Source: Pirellulales bacterium (lineage in GTDB: Bacteria; Planctomycetota; Planctomycetia; Pirellulales; JAICIG01). Taken from it: a DNA stretch of 64,000 bases. The stretch spans positions 3,336 to 67,335 of the forward strand of contig JBBDYJ010000028.1 in the NCBI GenBank assembly GCA_040901675.1, written 5' to 3'. The translations under genes were made by a program, and so were the position numbers. Under the pieces are notes generated by a model. The model saw only the letters and a program-made list of their open reading frames with translations. It was not told the origin of the DNA and did not search any database. Shown one piece after another: positions 20,901 through 30,231 of the stretch (within the stretch, counting starts at the first letter, position 1; every line of letters begins with the position of its first letter).

Positions 20901-23900
20901 GTCACCGGAGCTGGGAATCCTGATCGACACGATCGCGCTGGCCCAAGCCGGCGTGTATCCCACCAGCCCGGTCGAGGCCGCTGATGCGCCGGCAGTCGAA
21001 GATCCCACGGCGCGCGGCGGCAGCCTGCTGCAGCAGGCGGGCCTGGTCGTGATTGTCAGGGGCGGAAGGCTGGTGCTGACCAGTGCGTCGGCGGCCGCCG
21101 GCGACATGGCCAGCCTGACATCGCTCCAGGGCGCCAGCTTGTATTGGTCGCAAAGCGCCTTGGAAGCTGAAGCGGCACGCGGGGCGGATGGGCAGCGCGG
21201 CCAATTTGTGGCTGCGACCGCCTGGACCAACATGGCCCGCGGACCCTGGTCCGTCGTCCGGCCGGCCGGATCGGGCGAGGCCGATCATCTGGGCTGGCGG
21301 GCCTACCATTTTGGTTCGCCCCGCGACGATTCATTCGCGTTCAGGGTCGTGCGCAGCGCGGCTGTTCGATCGGCCGGCTGGTCGATTCTGGCGATCGTCT
21401 TGGCGCTCGGCTGCTGGCCGTGGCGCGGTCGACCGCGACGGCTGCTGGTCGGGGCCGGAGTCTTTGCCGCCGTGGCACTGGTGCTGCCGGCGGCCCTGGC
21501 GCCGATTGCGGCGGGTGCTCTGCTGGGCAGCCTGGGCGCCCTGGCGTGGGGCCTAGTCGTATCAGCGCGGCCTCCGGGTCTGAGAAGCCCCGATGGTCCA
21601 CCAACTCCAGCGCCGGTTGCGGCTGGCGCCGCTTTGGCAGCGCCGTTGATCGGCATGGTCCTGGTTGCCGCCAGCGGCGTGGTGCTCCATGCCCAGGACA
21701 ACTCCACCGGCCGCAGCGAGACCCACCGCGTTTTCATACCGACCGATTCCATGGGCAAGCCGATCGGAGGTCGGTGGCAGGTGCCCTCGGCCTTTCTGGC
21801 TGAACTGCGGCGCCGCGCGGTGATGGCGACCGGGGAACCCCAGGGATGGCTGCTCCAGGACGCTTCGTATCGGGCCTCGTTGGGGCAGGGGTTGGCCGAC
21901 CGCCGCATCGAGATCACGAGCCTGACCGTCCGCTACGATTTGCAGGTCTTTACTCCCGCGGCGCGGGTGCGGATCCCTCTCTCCCGCGAAGGGGCCAATC
22001 TGCTCCCCGACGGGGCAACGCTCGACGGCCGCGCGGTCCAGCTCGAATGGGAGGAAGGTGGCCAAGCGCTCGTATGCCAGGTCGACCAACCGGGAGCCTA
22101 CGAGCTTCTGTTGGCCCTGCGACCTGCCATCCATAACGCTGGCGAAATGAGCGGCTTCGAGCTGGCCATACCTCCCTTGCCCAACGCCATGCTCGAACTG
22201 CTCGTCCCCGCCGGCATGGCCGGGATCGAAGTGCCTGGAGCGGCCGGCGGCCTCGTCTGGTCCGACGATCACCAACGGCTGCTCGTTCGGCTGGGCGCCG
22301 CTTCGACGTTGGCGGTGCATTGGCCGCATGACGGCGGCGGCCCCGGCCCGCAGCTCGAGGTGGACGAACTCTTATGGCTCAAGGTGCGTCCCGGTTCCGT
22401 CGTTCTCGATGCCAGCCTCAAGTACCGGGTCTCCGGGGGGCAGGTCCGCCGGCTTCGCCTGGCCACCGACCAGCGGCTGCGATTGTTGCCACCCCTTGGC
22501 AATGGTTCTCCAATCGTCGGCGACCGTATTGTGCCGCCGGCCTCGGACGTGCCGGGCAGCCCACAGACCATCGAGCTGGACCTGAATGGATCGCTAGGCG
22601 ACCAGTTGCCGCTGGAGCTCTCGCTGCTGCTGACCGAGTCGTCGGGTGTGGGCAATCTGAGGCAGCCGCTGTTCGAGACGCTGGACGCAACTTCGACGCG
22701 CCGCTGGCTGGCCGTCTCGGTCGATCCGGCCCTGGAATTCGAGGTGAATGGCGCCGACCGTCTGGAGGCCTTGGCACCGGCCGACTTTGCCACGGCCTGG
22801 GGCCTACCCGACGCGCAACCGATCCTGGCCTACCGATTGACGGGCGGGGAGAGTGCCTGGAGCCTGGCCACGCGTCCCCGCCAACCGCGCACGACGGTCA
22901 AGCAGGCCACGCGTTATGACTTTGGCCGTGCCGGCGCGCGCGTCGAGTTCGACGCCCAACTGCTGACGACGGCGGGGCATGTTTTTCAGCACCGGTTGCT
23001 GGTCCCTGCCGAGTTGGAAATCGAACACCTGGCAATCGAAGCCGACGGCGGCCAGCGGCTTGCTCGCTGGGCCCGGGATGAAGCGGGCGTGATCACTGCG
23101 TTTCTCGACGGACGTCTCACCGGCCCGCACACCCTCTCCTTGCGGGGGCGATTGAGCACGCCCGATTCGGGCGAGTACCTTCTGCCGCTTTTGTCGATTG
23201 AGGGCGGTGAGCCGCTTGCCACTGCAATTGAGCTGCTGCGGCAGCCCGCGGTCCTGGTGACGCTGGAAAAAGTGGAGGGGCTGGAGGAATCCGCCCCGCA
23301 AACGGCCGAGACGGCGCCGGCCCACGTGGGTCGCCGAGTGGCCTCGCTGACGTCCAGCTCGGGGCAGCCGGCGGTCTCGGTCTTGTTGGAACCGAACGAG
23401 CCGCGCACGAGCGGGGTGCAGACGACGGCCCTGCGTTGGGAGTCGCAGGTATGGTCCGCCCAGGCCGACTTGCACCTCAACGTCGAAGCGGGGCTGCTGG
23501 ATCGGTTGGTGCTCGAGGTCCCCGCACAGTGGAGCGGGCCCTTCCAGGTTTCTCCCGCCGCGACCAGCGAATTGATGGATGCGGCAGGCGACGGGGGACG
23601 GCATCTGCTGATCCGGCCACGTCTGGCCATCCAGGGACGGCAGCGGCTCACGATCCGCGGTCCGTTGCGCCTCGAACCGGGCGAAAGGGTGGCCGTGCCG
23701 GACGTGGTGCCGCTGGGTTTGGAGCGGATGTCGCGGCTGGTGCTGCTGCCGCTGCAACGCGGCTTGGAACCGATCGAGTGGGCCACGACGCGGCTGGCAC
23801 CGGCATCCCTGCCGGACGGATTGAATCTTGCGCCATTGCCCCCTGAGTCGTTTGACGTCTATCGCGTGACGGCCGCACGGCCGCGGGCCGTCATGAAACT

Positions 23901-25023
23901 GGTGGAAGAGCCGACCCATGCCGCCAGCGTCCGCCTGGCTGATATCCGGCTCGACTGGCAAGAGGACGGCGCCTGCCGTGGCCTGGCCATTTTCGACCTC
24001 GTGCCCGCCGGCCGCCTGGGTTGCCGATTGCGTATGCCCGCAGGCGCACGGCTGGTCCATCTGGCGTTGGCCGGATTGCCGGCCGCCGCCACGCGGCAGA
24101 AGGACGGAGACTGGATCGTGCCGCTGGGACCCCAGCGGCTGCCGCAACGGCTGGAGGTGATTTGGACGGCAAGCCTGCCGCCGCCCGACCGGTGGCGCAG
24201 TTCGCGGTTGCCGGTGCCGGCACTGGTCGACCTGCCCGTGCACCAGACCTTGTGGACTGTTTCCCTGCCGGCCGGCTTCGAACCGATCTCGCCTGACGCA
24301 TCCGCAAAACGGGTTCAATCGCCGCCGTTCGAGCTGATTCGATCCAAGAGCATCGTCGAGCTGATGGATCTATCGCCGGCAACGGCGACGGTGACCGCGC
24401 GGGATGATCTGGCCAACTGGTATCGTGCCTGGGCCCGACCCCTGGCGGCCTCGGCCGAGGCGCTCAGCAGGGAGATGGCGACACAGAAATTGCCCGCTGC
24501 CGCCAGCGCCCTGGCGTCCGACGCCCAGGTCCTCGAACGGAAACGATTGCAAATCGCGAGCCGGCTTGCCGCGCCATCGCTTCTCAAGGAGCTATCTTCG
24601 TCCGGGGCGATCGGCGACCAGGCCGCCCAACTGTGGCGGCAATGGTGCCCCCAGGGCCAGACCGCCTCGCGATACCTGATCAGCCGGGGAGGTGAGCCGC
24701 CGCAGTTGCGCCGCCTGGTGGACATGGGAGGCGAGCCGTTGGGACGCGTGGCGGCAGCCATCGTGATCGTAATTGCCAGCCTGGCCCTGGCATGGTTGAC
24801 GCGTCGGCCCGAGACGGTCGAATGGCTGCAATGCTGGCCGCAAGTGCTTGGAGTCGTGGCTGGCTTGTGCTGGTGGCTTTGGCTCTCACCCAGCCTGTTG
24901 GGCTGGCTGCTGGTAGCGGTCAGCATCTGGTCGGCGTTTCGTTCCGGCTGGCGCCAAACGGGGCAAGGGGCCTCCGTAATCGTTGGGTCCAACTCGGCCG
25001 AGGCGGCGGCGCGTCAGGGCTGA
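17905..25023 (+). CDS. Giant hypothetical membrane protein (2372 aa), two modules paralogous to the upstream gene
   Basis: Signal peptide, internal TM bundle (about 21380-21690), C-terminal TM bundle. Confidence 0.85.
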   Translation: MSGRIGWPGCVVLAVALVLAGFPATAGAADEAAADPSSEPLRFRRIYAPADRVRDWPRGNVRYVPIEPDEFERLVEAVRSVPRGATSAVARVVQAHYEARLNEPDLLSGRLRFEVHHPARGAALLPLDPCGLAVEEVRWEDPAAPPAVVGADPQGKFAVLVERPGNLLSDWSLRGHRDATGGVGFSLELPRCPLSTLLLDLPETLVPICTAGVVAGESASDDGWRRWQIELGGQNRVTLRVVSRDATSERRRLALMQEDLSYEFSPMGLDVRADLKLDVHNEPLRRLAVVLDPGLQFASAHYGDLEVPWSSSTDRRTGESRVLLEFGEPILGSGRTLRLAALAPLVTDRHWALPRMRPVGVFWQEASATLLVPAPLSLRALLLEGCRQSRIGPLPEPLDGESIELQFFSPDARAEVEVSRSATAPHLDSSIQIELGEKEMAGTLVGQFELSWGDRMTLEAQVDAGWVIDSVKSYPETAVDTWELVGGFGSDLLTVRLKERLSSANPVRLIVQGRADLSAFTRVMGEDELRMLSFQDVRRGRRLLCARTSGPYRLRLRGDPATGHLYPKSLTPAERALFVDEPRGLLLDRELLRGNWGLWREKQTPRFTAEVSVEALADAGKLVESYSVRGQSEASPMERLVVHFTRRRTGPLEWTLAGNEARLMARRWSLQEQAEAGLDSTGESWEVRFDAPRLAFALTAVRSSAFKKRADLSLLVLPEASSQQATLSVSAAAGSPLAIRNRRLEAVTNPAPAPLENSSLRGSYRYDPAAELERFDQPAITLARPVAAGSRPSAFAWSCELDSRFDSTGQAVHLATYRLQSDGQPSCEITLPGDARLTGVWVDDRQVTASAEPGRLVIPLPDGRRFPLVAVQYTTQGDAFGLAGVCRAQWPTINLTTLSRQSTVWLAPGYELLTGSVPESAAPVTWSQRLFAALGRPAATPPFQPLAADDWLRLSGRNARRDWADATGTAFLRRLGNRLKIDDRGKTLDWGSLLESVDRSPELGILIDTIALAQAGVYPTSPVEAADAPAVEDPTARGGSLLQQAGLVVIVRGGRLVLTSASAAAGDMASLTSLQGASLYWSQSALEAEAARGADGQRGQFVAATAWTNMARGPWSVVRPAGSGEADHLGWRAYHFGSPRDDSFAFRVVRSAAVRSAGWSILAIVLALGCWPWRGRPRRLLVGAGVFAAVALVLPAALAPIAAGALLGSLGALAWGLVVSARPPGLRSPDGPPTPAPVAAGAALAAPLIGMVLVAASGVVLHAQDNSTGRSETHRVFIPTDSMGKPIGGRWQVPSAFLAELRRRAVMATGEPQGWLLQDASYRASLGQGLADRRIEITSLTVRYDLQVFTPAARVRIPLSREGANLLPDGATLDGRAVQLEWEEGGQALVCQVDQPGAYELLLALRPAIHNAGEMSGFELAIPPLPNAMLELLVPAGMAGIEVPGAAGGLVWSDDHQRLLVRLGAASTLAVHWPHDGGGPGPQLEVDELLWLKVRPGSVVLDASLKYRVSGGQVRRLRLATDQRLRLLPPLGNGSPIVGDRIVPPASDVPGSPQTIELDLNGSLGDQLPLELSLLLTESSGVGNLRQPLFETLDATSTRRWLAVSVDPALEFEVNGADRLEALAPADFATAWGLPDAQPILAYRLTGGESAWSLATRPRQPRTTVKQATRYDFGRAGARVEFDAQLLTTAGHVFQHRLLVPAELEIEHLAIEADGGQRLARWARDEAGVITAFLDGRLTGPHTLSLRGRLSTPDSGEYLLPLLSIEGGEPLATAIELLRQPAVLVTLEKVEGLEESAPQTAETAPAHVGRRVASLTSSSGQPAVSVLLEPNEPRTSGVQTTALRWESQVWSAQADLHLNVEAGLLDRLVLEVPAQWSGPFQVSPAATSELMDAAGDGGRHLLIRPRLAIQGRQRLTIRGPLRLEPGERVAVPDVVPLGLERMSRLVLLPLQRGLEPIEWATTRLAPASLPDGLNLAPLPPESFDVYRVTAARPRAVMKLVEEPTHAASVRLADIRLDWQEDGACRGLAIFDLVPAGRLGCRLRMPAGARLVHLALAGLPAAATRQKDGDWIVPLGPQRLPQRLEVIWTASLPPPDRWRSSRLPVPALVDLPVHQTLWTVSLPAGFEPISPDASAKRVQSPPFELIRSKSIVELMDLSPATATVTARDDLANWYRAWARPLAASAEALSREMATQKLPAAASALASDAQVLERKRLQIASRLAAPSLLKELSSSGAIGDQAAQLWRQWCPQGQTASRYLISRGGEPPQLRRLVDMGGEPLGRVAAAIVIVIASLALAWLTRRPETVEWLQCWPQVLGVVAGLCWWLWLSPSLLGWLLVAVSIWSAFRSGWRQTGQGASVIVGSNSAEAAARQG

Positions 25024-25119
25024 AAAACAAGCTTAGCCGGCGTTGCCGCCAAGCCGATAACGTGTTAGTGTAGCCGCCCTGTTTGGCAGGTTGAATGGCC
25101 GGCAAGGAAGGAGGCCTGC

Positions 25120-25641
25120 GTGAGTTCCGATCAGAGTCATCAGTTGCGGGTGCACATCCGCTGGATGATCCGGCGGGACATGCCCGACGTGCTGGACATC
25201 GAAACGGCCAGCTTCGAGTTCCCCTGGTCTGAAGAAGACTTCATCCGCTGCCTTCGTCAGCGCAATTGCATCGGCATGGTCGCCGACCACGAGGACAAGG
25301 TGGTCGGCTTCATGATCTACGAGCTGCATAAGACCAAGCTGCACGTCCTCAACTTCGCGGTGGCGGCCGACCACCGCCGGCGGGGCATCGGCAACCGGAT
25401 GGTCGAGAAGCTGGTTTCGAAGCTTTCCACCCAGCGGCGAACCCGCATCCTGCTGGAAGTGCGGGAAACGAACCTGGCGGCGCAGCTCTTCTTCCGCAAC
25501 CAGGGATTCCGCGCCGTTTCCGTGTTGCGCGATTTCTACGAGGACACGACCGAAGACGCCTATTTGATGCAGTACCGGTATCGTGCGAGCGACGCCGACC
25601 AGGTCCTGCCGATCAACCGGATCACCCGCCTGGCTGGATGA
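25120..25641 (+). CDS. rimI: Ribosomal protein S18 alanine N-acetyltransferase
   Basis: IETASFEFPWS, LNFAV...RRRGIG, LEVRETNLAAQLFF...GF, FY...EDAYLM. Confidence 0.92.
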   Translation: MSSDQSHQLRVHIRWMIRRDMPDVLDIETASFEFPWSEEDFIRCLRQRNCIGMVADHEDKVVGFMIYELHKTKLHVLNFAVAADHRRRGIGNRMVEKLVSKLSTQRRTRILLEVRETNLAAQLFFRNQGFRAVSVLRDFYEDTTEDAYLMQYRYRASDADQVLPINRITRLAG

Positions 25642-25664
25642 ACGGGCCGCCAGGGCGCCGCGAT

Positions 25665-26147
25665 TCAAAGCCGGACCAGCGATACTTCCAGCGACGGCAA
25701 CTCGACGACGGCAATGCTGTGCGGGTTGGCCCTGTAGACGGCTCCCGGATTGAGCACCAGCGTTCGCCCTTGCCGGTGCTGCCTGGCGACGTGCGTGTGG
25801 CCGTGGCACACCAGGTCCCATTGACCGCTGGAGCTGGTCGCCGCCAACAGCTTCAGGTCGTCGCCGTGCAGGAAGGCGACTCGCAGGCCGGCCAGATCGA
25901 GGCGGCCGAACCGCCCGTGGCAGGTCTTTCCCGCCGCGGCGATGGCCGCCCGCAGGCCATCCTGGTCGCGGTCGACGTTGCCAAACACGAAATGCGTCGG
26001 CCAGGGCGCAAACAGGCCCACGATCTCCGCCGAGCCAATGTCGCCGCAGTGCAGCACCAGCTCGGGCTGGAAGCTCTCCAGCATCCGCACCGCCCGCCGC
26101 GTGTGGTCGGCCTGACCGTGCGTGTCGCTGACCACCGCAATCTCCAT
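25665..26147 (-). CDS. YfcE-like metallophosphoesterase
   Basis: SDTH, HCGD, GNVD, HG, GHTH, NPG motifs. Confidence 0.92.
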   Translation of the reverse strand: MEIAVVSDTHGQADHTRRAVRMLESFQPELVLHCGDIGSAEIVGLFAPWPTHFVFGNVDRDQDGLRAAIAAAGKTCHGRFGRLDLAGLRVAFLHGDDLKLLAATSSSGQWDLVCHGHTHVARQHRQGRTLVLNPGAVYRANPHSIAVVELPSLEVSLVRL

Positions 26148-26256
26148 TCGACTCCCCTGAACAGGACACGCCGGTTATAGTGGGCAGTTTCAGACGTGGC
26201 CGGACGGGGCGCCCCGTGCGGTACGCGGCTGGCTCGCAGCGGGTCCGTTAGCACTC

Positions 26257-27063
26257 ATGCCCATGCTGTCCGATGGCGCGACGCGCATCCTGGCGATCTC
26301 GGTGCTGGTTCTCTTGGCAGTCGGCCTGGTGAGCTGGATTCTGAACGTGTACCGGAAGTCCAGTTACACGTTGGCCCAGTTCCCTCTATACATGTTGAAC
26401 TTGTTTCTGACCAGGGTGCTGTGGCGGGCCACCGTCCGCGGCCGATTGCTGCTCCCCAAGGACCAGGGGGCGGTGATCGTTTGCAACCACGTGGGTCCCA
26501 TCGATCCGGGGTTTATCGCCCTGGCCTGTGACCGCCCGGTTCATTGGATGGTGGCCCGCGAGTATTGCCTGCATCCCGCCGTGGCCTGGGCCTTTCGAAT
26601 ACTCGAAGCCATCCCGGTGGGAAGGGCGGGAATCGACACGGCAGCCACGAAGCTGGCCATGCGCTATGCCCGGCAGGGGCACCTGGTGGGCATGTTTCCG
26701 GAGGGCCGGGTGAATAACACCAATCAACTGCTGCTTCCGGGCCGCCCCGGCGCCGCCATGGTCGCTTTGAAGGCCCGCGTCCCGGTGGTTCCCTGCTATA
26801 TCACGGGCTCGCCGAACGACGGCACTCCATTTGGCTTTCTGCTGCTGCCGGCTCGCACCTGGTTGACCGTGGGCCGGCCGATCGACATCTCCGAGTTCTA
26901 TGGGCATGAAGGCGAGCGCGGCGTGCTCGAAGAGCTCACCCGCCGGCTCATGATCGAAATCGCCAAGCTGGCTGGCGTCGAGGACTACGAGCCCAAACTG
27001 GCCGGCCGCCGCTGGAAACCCGGAATGGAACAAGAAGAGCCGACCGCGGGCAACGCATCGTAG
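26257..27063 (+). CDS. 1-acyl-sn-glycerol-3-phosphate acyltransferase family (PlsC-like)
   Basis: NHVGPID (NHx4D), FPEGR, VPVVP; N-terminal TM. Confidence 0.88.
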   Translation: MPMLSDGATRILAISVLVLLAVGLVSWILNVYRKSSYTLAQFPLYMLNLFLTRVLWRATVRGRLLLPKDQGAVIVCNHVGPIDPGFIALACDRPVHWMVAREYCLHPAVAWAFRILEAIPVGRAGIDTAATKLAMRYARQGHLVGMFPEGRVNNTNQLLLPGRPGAAMVALKARVPVVPCYITGSPNDGTPFGFLLLPARTWLTVGRPIDISEFYGHEGERGVLEELTRRLMIEIAKLAGVEDYEPKLAGRRWKPGMEQEEPTAGNAS

Positions 27064-27085
27064 AGACACCTGCCGCCTACGTAAA

Positions 27086-27176
27086 GTAGCAGGCACACTC
27101 CGTGTGCCGTAGCTCTTCGTAGCGGTCACACTCCGTGTGCCGTAGCTCTTCGTAGCAGGCACACTCCGTGTGCCGT
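27086..27176 (+). repeat. Three tandem 33-bp GTAG-type REP-like palindromes
   Basis: GTAGCAGGCACACTCCGTGTGCCGT(AGCTCTTC) at 27086, 27119 (variant), 27152; hairpin GGCACAC-TCC-GTGTGCC. Confidence 0.85.
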
Positions 27177-27202
27177 CCGCCTTAGCACGTGCCGCATGCC
27201 TT

Positions 27203-28342
27203 CTACGAACCGTAAAGCAACTTTTGCCGCCAGACGGCCAGTTGCTCCCACAGCGCTGCCAGCAACGCCTGGCGGTCCGCGGCGTCAGCCAGCAGCGTGG
27301 CTACCGGCTGACCGGCCTCGAGCGCCGTCCCAACCGTGGGGATGTCTGCCGCCGCAGGCCAAGGCCTTCCCGCGTTCATCATCAGCAAACCGCGAGTGAA
27401 GTGCGCCGGCACGGTGCACTTCGATGGGGCATAGAGGATCGCTTTCCCGAACCGGCCTGGCGCTGCGCGCGCCGTGCCGCGCGGCAGCCGGCCCAGGCAG
27501 GCAGCCACCTGGGCGCCGACGCCCGACAAGCCCGTGGCCCATTCGAGGATTTCAACGGAGGCAGTGTACCGGGGGTTGATCTCCACGGTCCAAAAACCAT
27601 CCGAGTTGAGCACTCCGTCCACGCCAAACAAGCCGGTCAAAGCGAAATGGCCGGCCAGCACGTCGCCCAGACGTTCCAACTGGGCCGCCACGGCCGGCGC
27701 CAGGTGCAAGGGACCGATGGAGCCGGCATAGCGAAAGTCGCCTTCGCGCCTGGATGATGACCCCAGCAGTTGCTCGGTGGCGCCCCACAACCACGCTCTC
27801 CCGCCGCAGCCGAGGTACACCGCCGCGCAAGGCATCCCCTCGATTCGCTGTTGGTAATACCAGTCGCGGCCGCTCTGCCGCGTGTCCAGCGCCGGCGTCC
27901 AAATCCGGACGTGGATGCCTCCGCTGGAGCGGCGGCTTTTCCGCAGCCATCCCCCCCCGGCCAACCCGTCGGCCGTGGCGCGGCAGTCGGGCGCCGGTAG
28001 CCCGGATTCCTTCAGGATCCGGGCGAGCTGGAAAGGATCCCGCACCTTGCGGAGCACGCCGGCCGGATTGCCGTACAGCGGCCGCTCGCCGGCAATGGAG
28101 TGAACCAGCGCGGGATAGTTCTCCAAAGCGCCCGTGTACATCCAGGGACCATCCGGCGCCGAGCGGGCCAGGCTGGCCAGGTCGGCCGGGTATCTCGTGG
28201 AGCGGGTTACCTGGCACAGTCGAGCCAGGTCGGCATCGGCAAACAGGTCGGCGCAAACCGGCGTGTAACCGGCTCGCAGCGCGGAGAAGGCGGCGGCCCG
28301 CGTGCTGGCGCCGAGAATGAGAAGCGCGCGTCCGGAGGGCAT
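27203..28342 (-). CDS. ATP-grasp protein (COG2232-like; resembles methanopterin/methanofuran C1-pathway ligases)
   Basis: GASTRAAAFSA..AG, DLFADAD, SSGG, QQRIEG, FGVDGV, VEINPRYTAS. Confidence 0.82.
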   Translation of the reverse strand: MPSGRALLILGASTRAAAFSALRAGYTPVCADLFADADLARLCQVTRSTRYPADLASLARSAPDGPWMYTGALENYPALVHSIAGERPLYGNPAGVLRKVRDPFQLARILKESGLPAPDCRATADGLAGGGWLRKSRRSSGGIHVRIWTPALDTRQSGRDWYYQQRIEGMPCAAVYLGCGGRAWLWGATEQLLGSSSRREGDFRYAGSIGPLHLAPAVAAQLERLGDVLAGHFALTGLFGVDGVLNSDGFWTVEINPRYTASVEILEWATGLSGVGAQVAACLGRLPRGTARAAPGRFGKAILYAPSKCTVPAHFTRGLLMMNAGRPWPAAADIPTVGTALEAGQPVATLLADAADRQALLAALWEQLAVWRQKLLYGS

Positions 28343-28605
28343 CGTCGGGCTTTTTCCAATTTCCGCGGACCGCAACGCACGCTCCGATAGCCTGGCTCGC
28401 CGGCAGGGTCGCCGCCGGCCGATCGAGCCAAGTATCGCGGCGGATGGACGATGCGGCAAGCTCTACGACGTACCAGGTCCACCCCGTTACACCGGCAACG
28501 GCATCCTGCTAACATCCGTTATCGACCCGCCCGATCGGAGTCGACGCAGCCGGCCGTCGTCGCCTGCCTGCACATAATACAGCTTTTCAAGCCCGGAGCG
28601 GATTG

Positions 28606-30180
28606 ATGCAGATCGGTCACTCGTCGGCCTCGGATCGCCGAGTGCTGGCAGCCATTACGGTGATTCTCGTCTTGTACCTGGGCGCTGCCTGGCTCGGTTG
28701 GCCGCAGGCGGCCGCGGAGTTGACTGCGCACGGCGCAGCACCGCCCGCGAATGGCCACCAGGCCACCGAGGCCGGACATGCCCCAGACGAGCAGCTTCCA
28801 CCGCCCCTGGCGATGGTGGTGCCGTTTGCCCTGCTGCTGGCGGCGATCGCGCTGTTGCCGTTGCTTTCGGCCACCTCGCACTGGTGGGAGAGCAACCTGC
28901 ATCGGCTCTATGTGGCCGGAGGTTTGGCGTTCGTCACGCTTTTGTGTTACTTGCTGGTGCACGCCGGTCCGGTCGAGCGGCATTTTCTCGGCCACGATTT
29001 GGTCTTGCCTGGCAAGGGAGCCCTCTCCTGGGAGCTCACCGGAGCAGTGCTCGCCAATGCCATCCTGCACGAATACGTGCCCTTCATCACGCTGTTGTTC
29101 AGCTTGTACACCATCAGCGGCGGCATCCGCATCGAAGGGGATTTGCCGGCACATCCATTGACCAACACGATGTTCCTGGCGGTCGGCGGCCTGCTGGCGA
29201 GCTTCATCGGCACGACGGGGGCGGCCATGGTCCTGATCCGTCCGCTGCTGGAGACCAATGCCGAGCGGCAGCGGGTGCAGCATACGGTGGTTTTCTTTAT
29301 TTTCGTGGTCTGTAACTGCGGCGGGTGTTTGCTCCCCATCGGAGACCCCCCGTTGTTTCTGGGATACCTGCGCGGGGTTCCTTTTCTTTGGACGTTTTCG
29401 CTGTGGCAGGAGTGGTTGTTCGTCAACAGCCTGCTCTTGGGAATCTATTACGCATGGGACCGGTTCTGGTCCTACCCGCGAGAAACGCCCGAGGCCGTGG
29501 CGCGCGACGAATCCCGCGTCCACGGGCTCCGCTTCAGCGGGATGCGGCTGGGGGCCGTGCTGTTGTTGGGAGTGGTGCTTTCCGTGGCCCTGCTCGATTC
29601 CAGCAAGCCGCTGCCGGGGACCGATTGGATTCCCTGGCTCTATCTGCGCGAAGCAGTGCAACTGGGGCTGGTGGGGCTGTCGCTGTTGTTCGGTTCGCGG
29701 GACGTGCGGGGCGCCAACCGGTTCAACTACCACGCCATCGTGGAGGTGGCTGCCCTGTTCGTGGGCATATTCATTTGCATGCAGCCGGCCCTGCAGATTC
29801 TCGACGCGCGGGGCCCCGACTTGGGCCTCCGCACCGCGCAGCAGTTCTTCTGGTGGACCGGGGGATTGTCGAGTGTCTTGGACAATGCGCCCGCGTATCT
29901 CGTGTTCTTCGAAACGGCCAGCGCCCTGCCGCACGATCTGCAAGTTGCCGGCCCCGGGGTCCAGCCCGTGGGCGTCGGCGCCGCGCTGCTGACGGCCATC
30001 AGCTTGGGGTCGGTTTTCATGGGGGCCATGACCTATATCGGCAACGGTCCCAACTTCATGGTCAAGGCGATTGCCGAGCAATCGGGCGTGCGAATGCCCG
30101 GTTTTCTCGGCTACCTGCTCTACAGCACGCTCGTTTTGCTGCCCCTGCTCGTCGCCATGACCTGGATCTTTCTTCCTTGA
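28606..30180 (+). CDS. Ion transporter (IT) superfamily protein, putative Na+/H+ antiporter or carboxylate transporter
   Basis: ASFIGTTGAAM, GGCLLPIGDPPLFLG, LSSVLDNAP, TYIGNGPNFMVK; many TMs. Confidence 0.85.
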   Translation: MQIGHSSASDRRVLAAITVILVLYLGAAWLGWPQAAAELTAHGAAPPANGHQATEAGHAPDEQLPPPLAMVVPFALLLAAIALLPLLSATSHWWESNLHRLYVAGGLAFVTLLCYLLVHAGPVERHFLGHDLVLPGKGALSWELTGAVLANAILHEYVPFITLLFSLYTISGGIRIEGDLPAHPLTNTMFLAVGGLLASFIGTTGAAMVLIRPLLETNAERQRVQHTVVFFIFVVCNCGGCLLPIGDPPLFLGYLRGVPFLWTFSLWQEWLFVNSLLLGIYYAWDRFWSYPRETPEAVARDESRVHGLRFSGMRLGAVLLLGVVLSVALLDSSKPLPGTDWIPWLYLREAVQLGLVGLSLLFGSRDVRGANRFNYHAIVEVAALFVGIFICMQPALQILDARGPDLGLRTAQQFFWWTGGLSSVLDNAPAYLVFFETASALPHDLQVAGPGVQPVGVGAALLTAISLGSVFMGAMTYIGNGPNFMVKAIAEQSGVRMPGFLGYLLYSTLVLLPLLVAMTWIFLP

Positions 30181-30231
30181 CAGAGATAAGTGCGCCGAGG
30201 AGTGGAACCGTCGACGTTTATTCATTAGCCG

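Noticed and set aside
27086..27176. Possible CRISPR array
   Set aside because: Inter-repeat segments are identical and only 8 bp; no cas genes; fits a REP cluster
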